Shown here: piece by piece, positions 63,749 to 64,000 of the stretch | How the letters are laid out: the number at the start of each line of letters is the position of its first letter | How positions within the stretch are numbered: the stretch's first letter is position 1 | DNA from: Bacteroidota bacterium | GTDB taxonomy: Bacteria > Bacteroidota > Bacteroidia > Bacteroidales > Rikenellaceae | DNA length: 64,000 nucleotides | NCBI GenBank assembly: GCA_015222165.1 | Contig: JADFUS010000004.1 | Span: 396 to 64,395, forward strand | Direction of reading: 5' to 3' | Program-made: the position numbers and the translations under genes | Notes under the pieces: model-generated | The model's database searches: none | The model's input: the letters and a program-made list of their open reading frames with translations, nothing else | Told to the model about the DNA's origin: nothing

Positions 63749-64000
63749 ATGAAATATTACATTATTGTAGGCGAAGCATCTGGCGATGTCCACGGTGCTA
63801 AATTGATGAAAGGTATCAAAGATAATGATCCACAAGCAGAATTCCGCTTTTGGGGTGGTGACCGAATGGTTGAACATGGAGGAGTAGAAAATCTCGTCCA
63901 TCACTATCGTGAGCAGGCTTTCATGGGTGCTGTAGAAGTTATCCAGCATCTTGGAACTATAAAGAAGCGACTTAAGGAGTGTAAAGAAGATATCAAAAAT
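63749..64000 (+). CDS. lpxB: lipid-A-disaccharide synthase, 3'-truncated by window edge
   Basis: MKYYIIVGEASGDVHGAKLMKGIK is the canonical LpxB N-terminus (GExSGD). The frame stays open to nt 64000. Confidence 0.8.
   Translation, partial: MKYYIIVGEASGDVHGAKLMKGIKDNDPQAEFRFWGGDRMVEHGGVENLVHHYREQAFMGAVEVIQHLGTIKKRLKECKEDIKN

Noticed and set aside
1-64000. CRISPR arrays, rRNA or tRNA genes, and transposase, integrase or prophage genes
   Set aside because: I scanned the intergenic regions and ORF products by eye. I found no regularly spaced direct repeats, no tRNA-like T-arm or acceptor pattern in any gap, and no recombinase or phage-structural motifs. A tRNAscan, Infernal or CRISPR-finder run would be the definitive check.

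Overview
AT-rich chromosomal segment with the hallmarks of a Bacteroidota (Bacteroidales-like) genome. These are recurrent TAnnTTTG -7 promoter boxes in place of Shine-Dalgarno sites, many lipoproteins with acidic residues after the lipobox Cys, and BACON, fimbrillin, NigD, HmuY and DUF4270-type genes. I call about 50 protein genes at high coding density, separated by strong AT-rich hairpin terminators. By eye I found no rRNA, tRNA, CRISPR array, integrase or transposase. Content in order: DPP-IV (5'-truncated); a NigD-like lipoprotein; a six-gene hmuR-hmuY-hmuS-hmuT-hmuU-hmuV heme locus; a 535-nt non-coding gap followed by an orphan wHTH plus Mrr-like nuclease gene; rluA-like, lysA and lysC; an ArsR-headed thiol-redox/permease operon; aqpZ; a BACON lipoprotein; three tandem paralogous surface lipoproteins; a porin plus Gate-domain transporter pair; a His-cluster mini membrane protein plus a TonB-dependent receptor; a fimbrillin-like lipoprotein; a C_GCAxxG_C_C plus MBL pair; M64 and M16 peptidases; an O-methyltransferase; topA; DUF4270 with a short GlgA-like gene; a TlpA-like protein lacking CxxC; lpxH; GT4; PPi-PFK; a TolC/RND/MFP operon; MATE; GT2; an S41 protease; carA and carB; lpxB (3'-truncated). 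The best candidates for something new are: (1) the hmu locus, where a doubly membrane-anchored CobN-like protein has no AAA+ partners and is instead followed by an ExbB/ExbD-like pair; (2) the isolated tandem nuclease-fold gene at 12236..13681; (3) the three-lipoprotein cluster at 22850..26397; (4) the His-cluster protein plus TBDR pair at 29006..31679. All family assignments come from motif recognition by eye and no searches were run.
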